Assembly (NCBI RefSeq): GCF_018350175.1
Contig: NC_058368.1
Location: 137,704,001-137,768,000, forward strand
Direction of reading: 5' to 3'
Source of the DNA: Felis catus
Taxonomy: Eukaryota
DNA: 64,000 nucleotides
The notes beneath the pieces are model-generated. The model was not told where the DNA came from. It made no database searches and saw only the letters and a program-made list of their open reading frames with translations. Positions 36,982 through 49,329 of the stretch are shown here, in pieces. Both the position numbers and the translations under genes were made by a program. How positions within the stretch are numbered: the stretch's first letter is position 1; the number at the start of each line of letters is the position of its first letter.

Positions 36982-38131
36982 CACTTGCAAGACAAGACCC
37001 AAGTCAAAAGTCATCTCCTATAAGGCAAGGTCATCTGTGAGGACATTAGGGGAGAATATGTTGGTTGGAGAAAAACCAAGGGTCTATGGGGTTGAGGTAG
37101 GCAGGATGGACTTCTAGGGAAAGGTGGGTCCTGATTCATGACCTTGAAGCATGGTCTACACTGACCCTTTTCCTCTAACCTACTCCGATCACCCATGAAT
37201 ATGGGGCCACCACCCATCAGGAAGACCTCAGGCCTCTCTTCCCAAGCCCTCTATGACACATGTATTACCGTCCCCCCCATCCTGCACCTCACCTCCCAAC
37301 CTGGTCTTTTTGGCTTCATCTTTGATTCCTGCGTCTGTCTACATGCTATTGGATCATGTGAGAGATTTCAGTTCAGGTCTGTTCTGAGTGACGAGCTGGG
37401 GCGACAAAGGTGAGTGTCAAACAATATCAAATATTACCCTCGAGACGCTCCCGGTCTGTTGACAGGCAAGGGAACGGCTCCCCAAGTCAACATGTGGAGA
37501 GTGACTGCCATGAGATCACAGGAGGAGGGCTTGGTTCAGGGGCGGAGAGAGGTCAGAACTCTTCACAGCTGACGAGGAGGAGCCAGGGCCAGGGGGGTGC
37601 AGTGGGGGGTGGAGGGGGGATGGCGTTCCAGACAGAAGGAAGTCCTCGAAGTGTAGTCTGGACCCCCAACACTCTCTGTGAACACTATGTGGGACTGTCC
37701 TTGTGTCTGTCTCTTCCTTCAGCTGCCTCAGAGGCTCCCAAGGACGAAGATGCACCTGGGCCTGAAGAAGACACCACCGGATGGGCTGCACAGCAGGTGC
37801 GGTGGGGGATGGGGACCCTCCAGGCAGGAGACACAGCATTAGCAAAGACCACAGCAAGAAGGCATGGCACCAACTTTTAAACCAGACCCCTCCTATCAAT
37901 CAGCTCTATCATCTGGAACAAGTTGCTTTGCCTCTCTTGAATTCTGATAACAGAGCAGGCAGAAGAATATGCCGCAGAGTGGTTATGAGGACAGGGTGAG
38001 ACACCTGAGGAATATCTAATCATAAGCCCTTCCTATGTGCACGGCCAGAAGGGAGAGTCAAGGTCCCAACCACCCTCTCTCCTTCAGCTGTCTGTGTTTA
38101 TGACAATACCAGGTGAGTCTGCTGTTGTATG

Positions 38132-38133
<2 letters not shown>

Positions 38134-38172
<39 letters not shown>
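38134..38172 (+). repeat. (TG)19 microsatellite
   Basis: Uninterrupted TG run. Confidence 0.97.
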
Positions 38173-38174
<2 letters not shown>

Positions 38175-38454
38175 TCTTTATATGTATGTCAGTATCTTCA
38201 ACAAATGTTGTCAAGTCAAAAAAGTAAGTTGCCGAACAGCGGGTTTAGCATGCTACCACGTATAAACAATGCTGAAGACCTTGAAGAAAGGATTTGCATT
38301 GGTGCCTTTTGAGGAGAGGAGTTAGGTGGCTGGGAGACAAAAAGCAGAAGGGAAACTCTTTCTATTTACTTTTTTGTACAGTTAGAATTTTGAACCATGT
38401 GAATGTGTAAGCTACACAAAACATTAAATAAAAAATAGTTGCCTTAAAAAGGTA

Positions 38455-38860
38455 ACGAACGCTGGTTGTCCCTTGATGGATGCATGGATAAACGAAATGT
38501 GGCACACACATACAAAGGAATATTATCCAGCCCTAAAAAATAAGGACATCTGGCACATGCTACACTATGGATGAGACTTGAGGACATTACGCAAACTGCA
38601 ATCAGCCACAAAAAGATTAATACTGCATGAGGACACTTACCCGAGATACCAGGAGTAATCAAATTCCCAGGAACAAAAAGTAGAATGCTGGTTGCCAGGG
38701 GCTGCAGGGAGGGGGCAGTTGGGAGCTGTGGTCTAATGGGTACAGAGTTTTCATTCTGCCAGATCAAGAGAATTTTGGAGATTGCTTATACAATCTTATA
38801 CAACTGTGCAACTAAATGTGGTTAAGACGGTAAATTTTATGTTGTCTATATCCTACCACT
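38455..38860 (+). mobile_element. L1MB-like 3' end
   Basis: atggataaacgaaatgtgg...ggaatattatccagcc...tggatgagacttgaggacatta...ggttaagacggtaaattttatgtt. Confidence 0.85.
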
Positions 38861-40229
38861 ACTGGATTAGATTGATTTCGTCACCCCACCTCTGCCGGCT
38901 CTGAATGCAGCTGGTAGTGTAACGTGTTGGAGGATTTCAGGTGTCTGCTTCTCTGCCCGGCCTCTCCCTGGCCCAGATTTCCCAAATACCTGATTGCAAA
39001 TCCAGATTATCTGATTGCTCTCTGCTTTCGTTTTTTTAATCTGAAAAGCAGGAACTCGATTTCCCAACCCTGATACCTTAATTGGATTATTATATATCAG
39101 TGCTTTTCCACTCAGGTTCCCAACCATTATGATAAAACCAATCCTCTTGGATTGTCTAACCTCATTTTACGACCTCCCCTCTCCCCAGGCTTAGAAGAAG
39201 GCTACCAAGTTAGCGTGTTTAAAATGCTTTGAGCCCTTGATTTAAATAAGGCTAAGTATAAAGGGTCCTTTTGACTAGTGGGCATGCCTGATTGTATATC
39301 TTGTGAACACTGTGATGGTTACTCCTACACAAAGGAGGGACGAAAGCAGAGAGCAAAGAATCCTCTGGCCGAACCGTGAAGTCGGCCCTCAAGTGCAGAA
39401 GCAGTGACAGTACCCTGAGCCTCACCAGCATCATCAGCTCCCTGAGAAAGGTGGCAGAGAGGCAGGACAGATGCACAAAAGGCTGTGTGTGTTCTCTGGA
39501 TGTTCCTGCCAAATACTGTTATAACACCCTGCCTCTAACTGGCACACCAAATAGTGCACGCCATCCTCCTAGGCTAAAACTTGTAGGTTACATTATACCC
39601 TGAAATTAACATTAAAAACCAAACTACTTATTTTGAAGTGCTTTTCACAACTTAATCCCTGACTGGTGTGGTGGGGAGTTGTCAAGAGGGTCTTACCTCC
39701 CATCACTAAGCCCCCCCCACCCCCACCAGCCTTCCCTCCTCAGGGGGAGAACTCAGATGGAGAGGAGTAGTCATTCTCCTCTCCTCCCTTGACCTAGCTA
39801 GATTGACCTGAGTGGGATTTCTAAGGCTGTTCCTCATTCTTTCTTGACATACCAAGTCTAAATTCCATTGCCTGCCTTTCCACACCCATTATGACTGGAC
39901 TCTACCTTTCCATCCAGCCAACTTCTCAGTCTCTCTTGCCTCATCCTTGGGCCTGGGGGCTTGGGACCCTGTGAATCCTCCCTTATGCCTCTCTTGCAAA
40001 ACCAGGCACCAATCCAAGCCTCCACCAGCCCAAATCTATCTTTTCCTCCTCTGAATTCCTATGGCATTTATAGTTAACACCCTACAATTTACTGAATCAC
40101 TTAATTATATCCTCTTGGGTACTGGTAGTGATTACATCTTGCATTTTACTCTGGCCTCCTGAGTAGATACTGAACCCCAGTGGGGCAGAAACCATACTTT
40201 ATATATATCTATTAGGTCCAGAGAGCACG

Positions 40230-40695
40230 TAATAATAATGGTGGCCATTTATGAAGCACTCAGTGTATACCAGACAGTACTATATGTATGCAATTTATTT
40301 AATACTCGTAATACCTCTAATGAGGCATAGTAATTTCATGTCGATTTTTCAGGTGAGAAAACCAACACACAAACAGAGTAGCAAGGACAAGTGGCTGATA
40401 AGGGCTGAGTCTGGGGTCAGATCAGTGGTCTCCAAAGGCCTTAATCCAGACTTTGACAGATATAAGAAAACTGAAGTCAAGAAAATACTTTCCTGGGATC
40501 ATCCCCTTATGAAGGTGGTGAGCTGGAACCACACCCAACGATTCTAAAACATGTAAGCTCCACTATAAAGGGAGCTCCTGGGAACAGGGACTTTTGCCAG
40601 TTTTGTTGACTGGTGTATCAGCAACTCTTGGAGCAGTGCCTGGCTCACCCACAGTAGGGTGCTCAATAAAATATTTACTGAACGAACAAGTGAAA
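40230..40695. mobile_element. MIR (minus, about 40230-40430) and L2 3' end (plus, about 40545-40695)
   Basis: aataataatggtggccatttatgaagcact...ttttcaggtgagaaaac; gcagtgcctggctcaccc..gtgctcaataaaatatttactgaacga. Confidence 0.65.
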
Positions 40696-41011
40696 TCTCA
40701 CCTGCAAACCTCCACCAAGTGCCCATCAAGTGTAAAGAATTGCTAACAGCATGAGAAAAACAATGTAAAAAAAAAAAAAAAAACCACTCTAATTAGCTTG
40801 ACTTAAATCCACTTGCTGCAGAATACTAGAAAGAGAAATGTGTCGCAAACCTAGGTTCCCAGCGTGATGCCAAATTTGTCCTTTTCAGCTTGGGAGGGCC
40901 GGGGGGCTTCCCACTCCCTGTCTGTTCCTTTCCTTCAATCCTTCCTCTGTGAAAACAGTCTGCCACCAAACAAAACACACAAAGTCCCAAAATGATTATT
41001 TGAAATTATTT

Positions 41012-41014
<3 letters not shown>

Positions 41015-41049
<35 letters not shown>
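41015..41049. repeat. Poly-T (35 nt)
   Basis: Uninterrupted T run with no adjacent SINE or L1 body. Confidence 0.9.
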
Positions 41050-41051
<2 letters not shown>

Positions 41052-42162
41052 CCTATGTCATAACCATGTAAAAGCAATGAAAACAAAACCAAGACTTTTA
41101 GGCCTAATTACTGTCAAAAAGTCATTCTCTCCAGTCACTTTGATGGTTTATTTCTTTTTAAAATTCAGCATAGCCTTACAGGAGTATGAGGGAGTAACAG
41201 CTGGCATATGGTGGTGACAGTGGAAATTAGAAAGGACTGGCGTCGAGGCTTTGTGATTAGCTGGATGAGGGCCTATAAGGGTTCCTGACAGGACTTCCAG
41301 GACACCCATAGCATCAATGAAAGTTCAGAGAAATGGAGGGGTCAAGTTCAGTTGGAAGGAAAGATGGTGAATTTTACTCTCCTACAAGCTCATTATGCTC
41401 TGGCCTTACTAACCACTTTCAGTTTTTTTTTCAAACCACATCACCTTCATCTATTTGAATGAATGAAAGAATATTATTTCTGGAATGTTCTTCTCCCAAA
41501 TGCCCCCGTGGCTTGCTTAGTTTCGACATCACCTCTTCAGAAAGGCCCTCTTGAACTGACCTCACACCTGAAGTGGCCATCTAGTCTTGTCCCTTCTCTG
41601 TGTTTTCTTTTCATCAAGGCTCTCGGCACTACCTGAAGTTTTCTTGTTTGCGTATTTGTTTGTGGTCTATGTCTCCTCAACTCTAGGTGAATTCCAAGAG
41701 AGCAGAAACATCTTCCTCGACTCAACCACACTGCATTCGCAGAGCCTGGATGAGTGTCAGGCACAGACAACGCGTTCAGGTGGAAACGTCAGGTGGCAAC
41801 ATTCAGCTCACAGTGGAAAATGTGGGTTTTGAGCTCAGGGAAGTGGGGCAGTTTGAAGATGTGAGTCCGGACTGTAATCCAAAGAGCCAAAAGCAGGCAC
41901 AAACTCTTTAAGTCCAATTTGGGGGTAATTAGCTCAAGCCAGTGTTGCTTCCAGTAAGATTGTGTACAGGTGTGAAACTGGAAAACATTAATGAAGGGAA
42001 GAACTAAAAAGTAGTGAGCATGTGCTCCAGTATCTTCAAGTTCTCTGCCATGTGGCAGCTGTCCCGTGTCTTCACTAACACAACAGTCAATCCCTGTTGC
42101 AACTTGTGTACTACTATGGACGGGGCTCCAGAATATAGAGTTAAATGAAAAAGGCAGGTGCA

Positions 42163-42375
42163 GGGGCACCTGGGTGGCTTGGTTGGTTAAATGCCCAACT
42201 TTGGCTTAGGCCATCATCTCACAGCTCGTGATTTTGAGCCCTGCATCAGGCTCTGTGCTGATGGCTCAGAGCCTGGAGCCTGCTGCGGATCCTGTGTCTC
42301 CCTTGCTCTCTGCCCCTCCCCTACTCTCTCTCCCTCTCTGTCTCAAAAATAAATAAACCTTAAGAAAAATTTTTT
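42163..42375 (+). mobile_element. Can-SINE inside an old L1 3' remnant
   Basis: ggggcacctgggtggct head; TSD aaaggcaggtgca at 42150-42162 and 42376-42388. Confidence 0.95.
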
Positions 42376-43066
42376 AAAGGCAGGTGCAGAGCAATGTAAA
42401 TCATATGCTACCTTTTGCATAAAAAGGATGAAATAAAGAAGAATTTACTTAGATTTGCGTGAACGCTGGAGAGATACAGACCAAGGTAATAAATGTGGTT
42501 ACATATTGAGGCAGGTGAGGTGGGGAACAGGATAGCTAGGCACAGGATGGGAGCAAGACTTCTCACGGCATACTTTTCCATACTGTTTTAATTCTTGAAC
42601 TATGTGAATGAACTAACTCTTAGAAAAAATAAAATTGCTTGAGTTGCATTTCATTGATGGCCATTTGGGTCATGAAGCTCAATGATCACCTCACCAAAGT
42701 TTGGCACAGGTGATATTAAAGATTCAAGCTGGGGGAGGCATCTTAGAGTAAAGAGTACAAATGGGAGAGGACATTATACTCACGTATTCACAGATGAACA
42801 GAACTGGGGACCGAGGTGATGTTTCCAATTCTGGAGGCAGACTCCTGACTTGGTTTTGTTCTTCATAATCATTAAAATGACTGCACTGAGAATGACAAAG
42901 GTTAATTATTCTTTCTCTCACGAATAATGTCATGACAGGTGAAAAATCATCTAAGCTACACAAACTTGGGTAGGTCTGAGCCCTCGGTTAAGCAGGGGGA
43001 GAGCAGTTTATTTCTCAGCCTTCTGCTGCTTTGGTCCCTTTATTGTTTGTGATAGAAAAACTTGTA

Positions 43067-43197
43067 GGGGGAGGGAGGGGAGGGTGGGTGACGGGTATTG
43101 AGGAGGGCACCTTTTGGGATGAGTACTGGGTGTTGTATGGAAACCAATTTGACAATAAATTTCATATACTGAAAAAAAATTAAAAAAAAAAAGAAAA
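43067..43197 (+). mobile_element. Severely 5'-truncated young felid L1 (L1_Fc-type 3' terminus)
   Basis: G-rich gggagggagggagggtgggtgacgggtattgaggagggcaccttttgggatgagtactgggtgttgtatggaaaccaatttgacaataaa plus A tail; perfect 13-bp TSD agaaaaacttgta at 43054-43066 and 43198-43210. Confidence 0.9.
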
Positions 43198-43299
43198 AGA
43201 AAAACTTGTAAACGGAGTAAATGCCCACCAGTAGGAGTCTGGTTACATAAATAAGTAAATGTGATGCATGAATACAATGGAATCCCATGTGGCCTCCCC

Positions 43300-43880
43300 A
43301 TTAAAAATGATAATACATCTGGCAATATCTACGAAAGTTGAACATACATTTACCCTACAACCCAGCAATCCCACTTCTGTGTACATACCCAACAGGAACG
43401 TGTATATATATTCACCACAAACGTGCAGAAGAATGTTCACAGCAGCGCTATTCATAACGGTCCCAGACGGGAACCTACCCAAATGTCTGTCAAAAGGAGG
43501 CTGGGTAAGTAAAATGTGGTTACAGGCATTCAGTAAGAACGCCATATAGCCATGGGGGTGGGTGAACAATAAACACAATGATATGGATGCATCTCACAAA
43601 CATAATGTTGAGTGAAAGCTGAAAAGGAAGAATCACACTGTATGATACTATTTACGTGATGTTCGAAGGAGGCATAGCTAATCCCGGGCAGTCGGGACAG
43701 TGGTTATCTCGGGAAGGAGTGGTGACTAGGAGAGGGGCAAGAGAGGTTTCTGGAATGCCGGAGATGTTCTGTTTCTTGCTTTGGCTATTGGCTACATAGG
43801 TATGTTCACTTTGTGAGAATTTGTGGCACTGCAGACATAGGATTTGTGCACTTTTCTGTGCTCACGTTAAACACCAAGAA
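43300..43880 (+). mobile_element. Old L1 (L1MB/ME-like) ORF2 end and 3' UTR
   Basis: cccagcaatcccacttctg...gaatgttcacagcagcgctattcataa...atggatgcatctcacaaacataatgttgagtgaaag. Confidence 0.85.
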
Positions 43881-46800
43881 GAAAAAAGAAGGAAAAAGAA
43901 GAGTGAGACTGACCTACATTTATTGACATGGAATGTGGAAAGATGTGCAGACCCTGTTATAGGGAGGTAAAGCTCATGTGGTATATTTGACTTGTGTGGA
44001 TATCAAGCTGTAAGGACCTATATGCATAGAGAATTACTTCCTCATAAATGTTAACAACGCTTACCTTTAGGTCAGATTTTAAGGTTGCTTTTATTTTTTT
44101 CCACTTCTTTATACTTTTCTGAATTTATTTGGATTTTTACACAGCATCTGTAGGATTTGATATAAGAAAATGATTTTCATTTTTTAAAAACCCCTCCTTC
44201 ACTAAAAGTAAAATTATAACCTGCTTTTAACTTTCCCTAGAAGCAAATGACCAGGTGCCAAAGGCTATCAACCGGGGACATAACGTACGCCGCGTGCCTC
44301 TAATACGCTTTGCAATTGCCTCGGTTTGTGAGCTTTTCCAGGGCTGGTTCTGAACACAGGAGCCACCGTCCTTCATGCAACACACAACACAAGCCCATGG
44401 TAAAATCAGAGTGGGCAAAGGGGGGGAGGTCCGAGTCTCTGAGAGTTCCAGGTAAATGCTGTAGAAATTTCAGGCGATCTGTTCCTCTTCCCTTTGAAGC
44501 AGAGAGCAGGCGGGTCCGTTTATTAAAGGAAAGCAATCTTTCTACCATTTGTCTTTCTTCTGCCCCTAATCTAGCATGCCTCCCACAGTGCTATCGCTCT
44601 TTTACTCGGGGCGAGGGGTTTCCACTACGCTCTCCCCCAATGCTGGACAAGCTAGCTTAGTAGAGTTTCTTATTTCTTCCTCAACTTCCTTTCCCACCAA
44701 GAGCCTCCTCCACACATTCACATACGTGAAATTCTTTTAATGGGCAGAAATGACTTTTTTCTACAATGAAAGCCCAAGCTTCCAATGGGAGTGACCCTCG
44801 GTGACTTAACGCGTTACCTCAATATTCACACTGAGGTGTAAGTGTCTAATGTAATTTCTGAAGAGACAGATTTCGTTGGGAGATGGGGATCGGGAACGAG
44901 AGGCCCAGATCTCGCCCCGAGCTGGCCAAGTTGCTGACGGTACCTGTGTTCCCTCCCCTGCAGGCCCAGCCTCCTCCCGGGCCTACGCAGAAGATCCCAA
45001 GCCACCCAGAAGCAGAAGGCAGCTGCCGTCACCCAGACCAGATCTATATCCATTCCAGACCCAGGATTACAATAATTTGGGAGAGGGTCAACCAAGTCAG
45101 AGCCCCAGATGGCAAAAGAGCTGCTTCAGCTTAAGACTCAGCTCTTTTTCCTCAGGGCAGGAAAGGTTGGAGACAATGAAGGATGAGGCTTTCCAGGCCC
45201 AGGACACAACCTTGATCCAAAGCCTAGTCATGGCTTTAATTTTTGTAAATCAAAGCCTCAAGTTTTTCTTCACTCTCTTAGCTGAAGACATGTTTTCCAG
45301 GATGCATGAAAACAAAATAAAAGGTACCAAACTGGAGAGTGTGGGACATCCTCTTTGTAGGCAGGCAGAAATCACTTCTTTACTAAATTCCCTTTCCTAA
45401 GTTTTCTGCCCTCCCACCCCCACAAGCCATTGTCTTCACAAGATCATCCCATACTTGGAAAATGTTTGTCTAATTATCATCACACACGATGGGCCTATTG
45501 CCAGCTGCTTTTTATTTTAACTTCAGACTCTTTCCAGGGTGTTTGTTTTTTTTTTTTTTTTTTTCCTTAGGGGTGGGGAGTGGGAGAGGAGTGTATGTCT
45601 GTTTTTGCTATTACACAGAACCGATCAGATTTCCTTTTATAATCACAATTAAACTTCCAGATCCGATCATACGAATACTTTGTGTCTAGAGGATTTGAAT
45701 GTCTATTGATTTGGTCAATTTAACAAAGCCTTCCAAGTCTAGAAGTGAGAAACTGATCCAGGAGCTCATCATTCTCGGGACATAAACAGCACTGATGGAA
45801 CCCAAGGCTGACTCCCAGCTCTGTGTTCTTTCCATCAACTAAGGCTGGGTTCCATGGGGTTAAGCCCCAAATCCCTTTGCTGTAGTCTCTCCAATAGAAA
45901 GGTAAGACAAAGAGCAGGGCCTGTGTCTATCTTGCTCGCCAAGGTAGCCCCAGCACCTGCTTGGCAGGCATGATAGCGGGTGGGCAGCAAATACGTCCTG
46001 AGTAATGAATTCCCCTTTGCCATGCCTCCTACTGTGGTGGGGGTGGGGGTAGAGGAAGGGCGCACTTCATAGACTCTCTGTGCAAAGCAGAGCCGTCAAG
46101 CATTAAAACTAGTCGCACAAGAGGCAGCTCAGCTCTCCAAGGAGCTTAAGCACAGCAATCTGGCTGAAGGGCAAGGTGCTGGGGCTTAGGGATGGAGGCC
46201 ACAGCCAACACAGTTGTATTTCTATCACATTCTCTTTCAGGGTTCCTGATGGAGTCTATGGGGAAGGGAGGAGGGGAGGCTCGAACTTCCCTTCTTCTCC
46301 GTCTGCCTGGCACCCTACTGGCTCAGAAACAAACCAGGGTTGTGCTGATGGGAGTCTGAGGTCGAGTGACCAAAAAGATGCGGGGAACTTGGGAAAGATT
46401 TCCCTCCCACTTCCAGGAGTCAGCCTTCCTACCCCTGAAGAGCAGAGAGCATGAGGAGAAACATCTGTGAAATTTAATCTAGCTAGACACCTTGATGCAG
46501 AAGTTATGATGTTTACACATTCTTCCGTGAGAGCACCTTCACCAAGTATTCTATGGCCCTCCAGAAGTAGACCCCTAAGTTATCATTCACTGTTCTTCTG
46601 TGACAAACAGTGGCCCAATGTGGCCACTCGGCCTCCCTGACTAATGTGGAGATTCACGGTAATAACCGGTTCTCTTAAAATGCATACGTATTCTAGAAGG
46701 GTTAATTTTGTAAATTAGTCATACCTCAGTGAGATTTACTTCAACAAGATAATCTAACAGCTAACAATAATGGGTATGTAAGAAAGAGAAAGGTATTTTA

Positions 46801-46897
46801 ATGTTTACTTGCAGTGTCCTTTCTTCTTTTTTAGCAGGGGAGAGAAAGGAGGAATAGTGAAGGAGTTGTTATCAACTTAAAGAAAATCATTGTTTTA

Positions 46898-47120
46898 GGG
46901 GCGCCCGGGTGGCGCAGTCGGTTAAGCGTCCGACTTCAGCCAGGTCACGATCTCACGGTCCGTGAGTTCGAGCCCCACGTCGGGCTCTGGGCTGATGGCT
47001 CGGAGCCTGGAGCCTGCTTCCGATTCTGTGTCTCCCTCTCTCTCTGCCCCTCCCCTGTTCATGCTCTGTCTCTCTCTGTCTCAAAAATAAATAAAAACGT
47101 TAAAAAAAATTTTTTTAAAA
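46898..47120 (+). mobile_element. Young SINEC_Fc-type SINE
   Basis: Near-consensus; perfect 18-bp TSD aaagaaaatcattgtttt at 46879-46896 and 47121-47138. Confidence 0.98.
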
Positions 47121-47204
47121 AAAGAAAATCATTGTTTTGTATGTACTAGGAATTAACAGTGTATAATCTAGAAGAGGAACTAGGACAAACATCCAAGTGG
47201 CTTT

Positions 47205-47426
47205 TTAAAAAATTTGTTCATTGTTTATTTATTTTTGAGAGCAAGAGAGACAGACAGACTGCAAGTAGGGGAGGGGCAAAGAGAGAGGGAGACACAGAAT
47301 CCGAAGCAGGCTCCAGGCTCTGAGCTGTCGGCACAGAGCCTGACGCGGGGCTCAAACTCATGAACTGTGAGATCATGACCTGAGCCGAAGTCGGACCCTT
47401 AACTGACTGATCCACCCAGGTGCCCC
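47205..47426 (-). mobile_element. Can-SINE
   Basis: ttgtttatttatttttgag...gactgatccacccaggtgcccc. Confidence 0.95.
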
Positions 47427-47444
47427 CCAGATGACTGTTTAAAA

Positions 47445-47648
47445 GAATTTTTTTAAGTTTATTTACTTTTGAGAGGGAGAGAGAGAATGTGTACAGGGGA
47501 GGGGCAGAGAGAGAGGGAGAGAGAGAGAGAGCCCTAAGTAGGCGCTGCACCACCAGCCAGCGCCTGACGCTGGGCTCATACTCACATACTGTGAGATCAT
47601 GACCTGAGCTGAAGCTGGAGGCTTAAGACTGAGCCACTCGGGTGCCCC
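47445..47648 (-). mobile_element. Older Can-SINE
   Basis: ttttttaagtttatttacttttgagag...gactgagccactcgggtgcccc. Confidence 0.92.
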
Positions 47649-48720
47649 ATCCAAATGACTATTCAGTACATCTCTATAAGTGGTACCAAAACAAATTACC
47701 TTGAGGGTCAGGGGAGGGAATGCTTGTGAATGGCTGGAGACTGAGCAGGTTTTGAGCAAGACTGAAGGATTTTGATCAGTGGAGATGGGACAAGGGTCTG
47801 CCAAGTATTAGAAGGTTTGAGAAAAGGTCCAGGGACAGGAGAGCTGGAGGGATCTGGCTGCTGGGAAAGGGTGGGACAAAAGCTGTCAGGGGAGGGGTGG
47901 CAGGAGGGCAGTGGGGAGAGCAGGGGTCTGAGTCAGACAAGCCAAGGATGTGACTCTCTGGAACGGATCTGATGGGTTCCTGTTCTAGCAGCAGTCTGCA
48001 GCCTGGCAGTGGAAAGCCATGGAGACTTCTCATCAGATAAGGGACATCGAGTTTGGCCTTAGGCAACTGACGTGGTGATGAGTGTACAATGGGTTGGAGG
48101 GAAGGTGGGAAAGAACAGGAAGCTGGCTGGCAGGCAGTCCCAATGGTCCAAACTAGGAGAAATAAGGGCCTGTTCTGGAACAGAACAGAGGAAATGGAAA
48201 GAAAAGGCCAAAATCATGCTGCAGAAGCAGAAAAGCCAGGACTTGGAGAGGAGCGAGAGAGATGACTGGGCTTCGCCTTTGTGTGCAGGAGACAGAAGTG
48301 AATTCCAAGTAGGACAGACTAGTAGAACTCGAGGCAGATGAGTTGAGCCATGCCAGGGAAAGGGCGGGTGACAGGTAACACCTGCTGAGGCGGGCTGGCC
48401 TTCTCAGAGCCTTTGAGCATCCGAAGTGCACAGGGAGTGTCAGGGCCGGGAAGCAGAGCAAGGAAGGAAGTGAGTGGGGCTTTTCAAAAGCTTGGGAGTT
48501 TCTCCAGGACAGTTCGCAAGCATCTACTAACAAGTGGTTGCCTCTCAGGAGGCGAACTGGGAGGCCCAGAGAGATGGGAGCCTTTGCCTGTTACACCCTT
48601 TGGTATCTTTCGAATTTTGAACTTCTGGTACGTCCTACCCATCATAATTCAATTTGAAAACGTGGGGATCCAGGGCCTGGCGGCTGTGTGCTACAGTAAA
48701 GAAACCCTGCCTTTCATCGT

Positions 48721-48775
48721 GTTTTGTTTTGTTTTGTTTTGTTTTGTTTTGTTTTGTTTTGTTTTGTTTTGTTTT
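48721..48775 (+). repeat. (GTTTT)11 pentanucleotide repeat
   Basis: 55-bp perfect array. Confidence 0.97.
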
Positions 48776-49329
48776 CCACCAGCCCGGTGTACCAATTAGG
48801 GAATCTCAGTGTTTCATCCCTCCCTACCCTTCATCCTATCTCCCCTAAGCTAGTGGAAGGTTTTTTTGTTTTTTGTTTTTTGTTTTTTTTTCCCCTTCTT
48901 CCTGTGTTTGGGCTTCCACTTCATTATCTTCACCGAAGATATGAAAAGATCTCAGTTTCGTCTCAGAAGCCTAGGGGGTCAAGGGCGCTTTAGCTAGATC
49001 ATCACTGTACCAAAATCTGGCAGAAGATGAGTGTGTGAGAAGTGGGGGAGGTGGGTGGTTAGGAAAAAAGCTGGCGGGGAGAGGTCCCTGCCCTTGCCCC
49101 AGTTTGGGCGACCCGGAAAGCAGCGTCAGTACCTCCCTCTTCAGCATGCCTGCTCACTTAGGCCAAGCGGGAGGTGGATGGAGAAAGGTTCTGTCCCCAG
49201 ACTGCCGCCTGGCAGAGGATAGGTCGCACCTCCCCGTGTGTCCAGCTCCCGTGGCTCTCCCAAGCTTTCCTGAGCCTGGAACCAAACCCTCAAAGTCTCC
49301 AAGTGGCCTGTGGGGTGCACCCGACCCGA

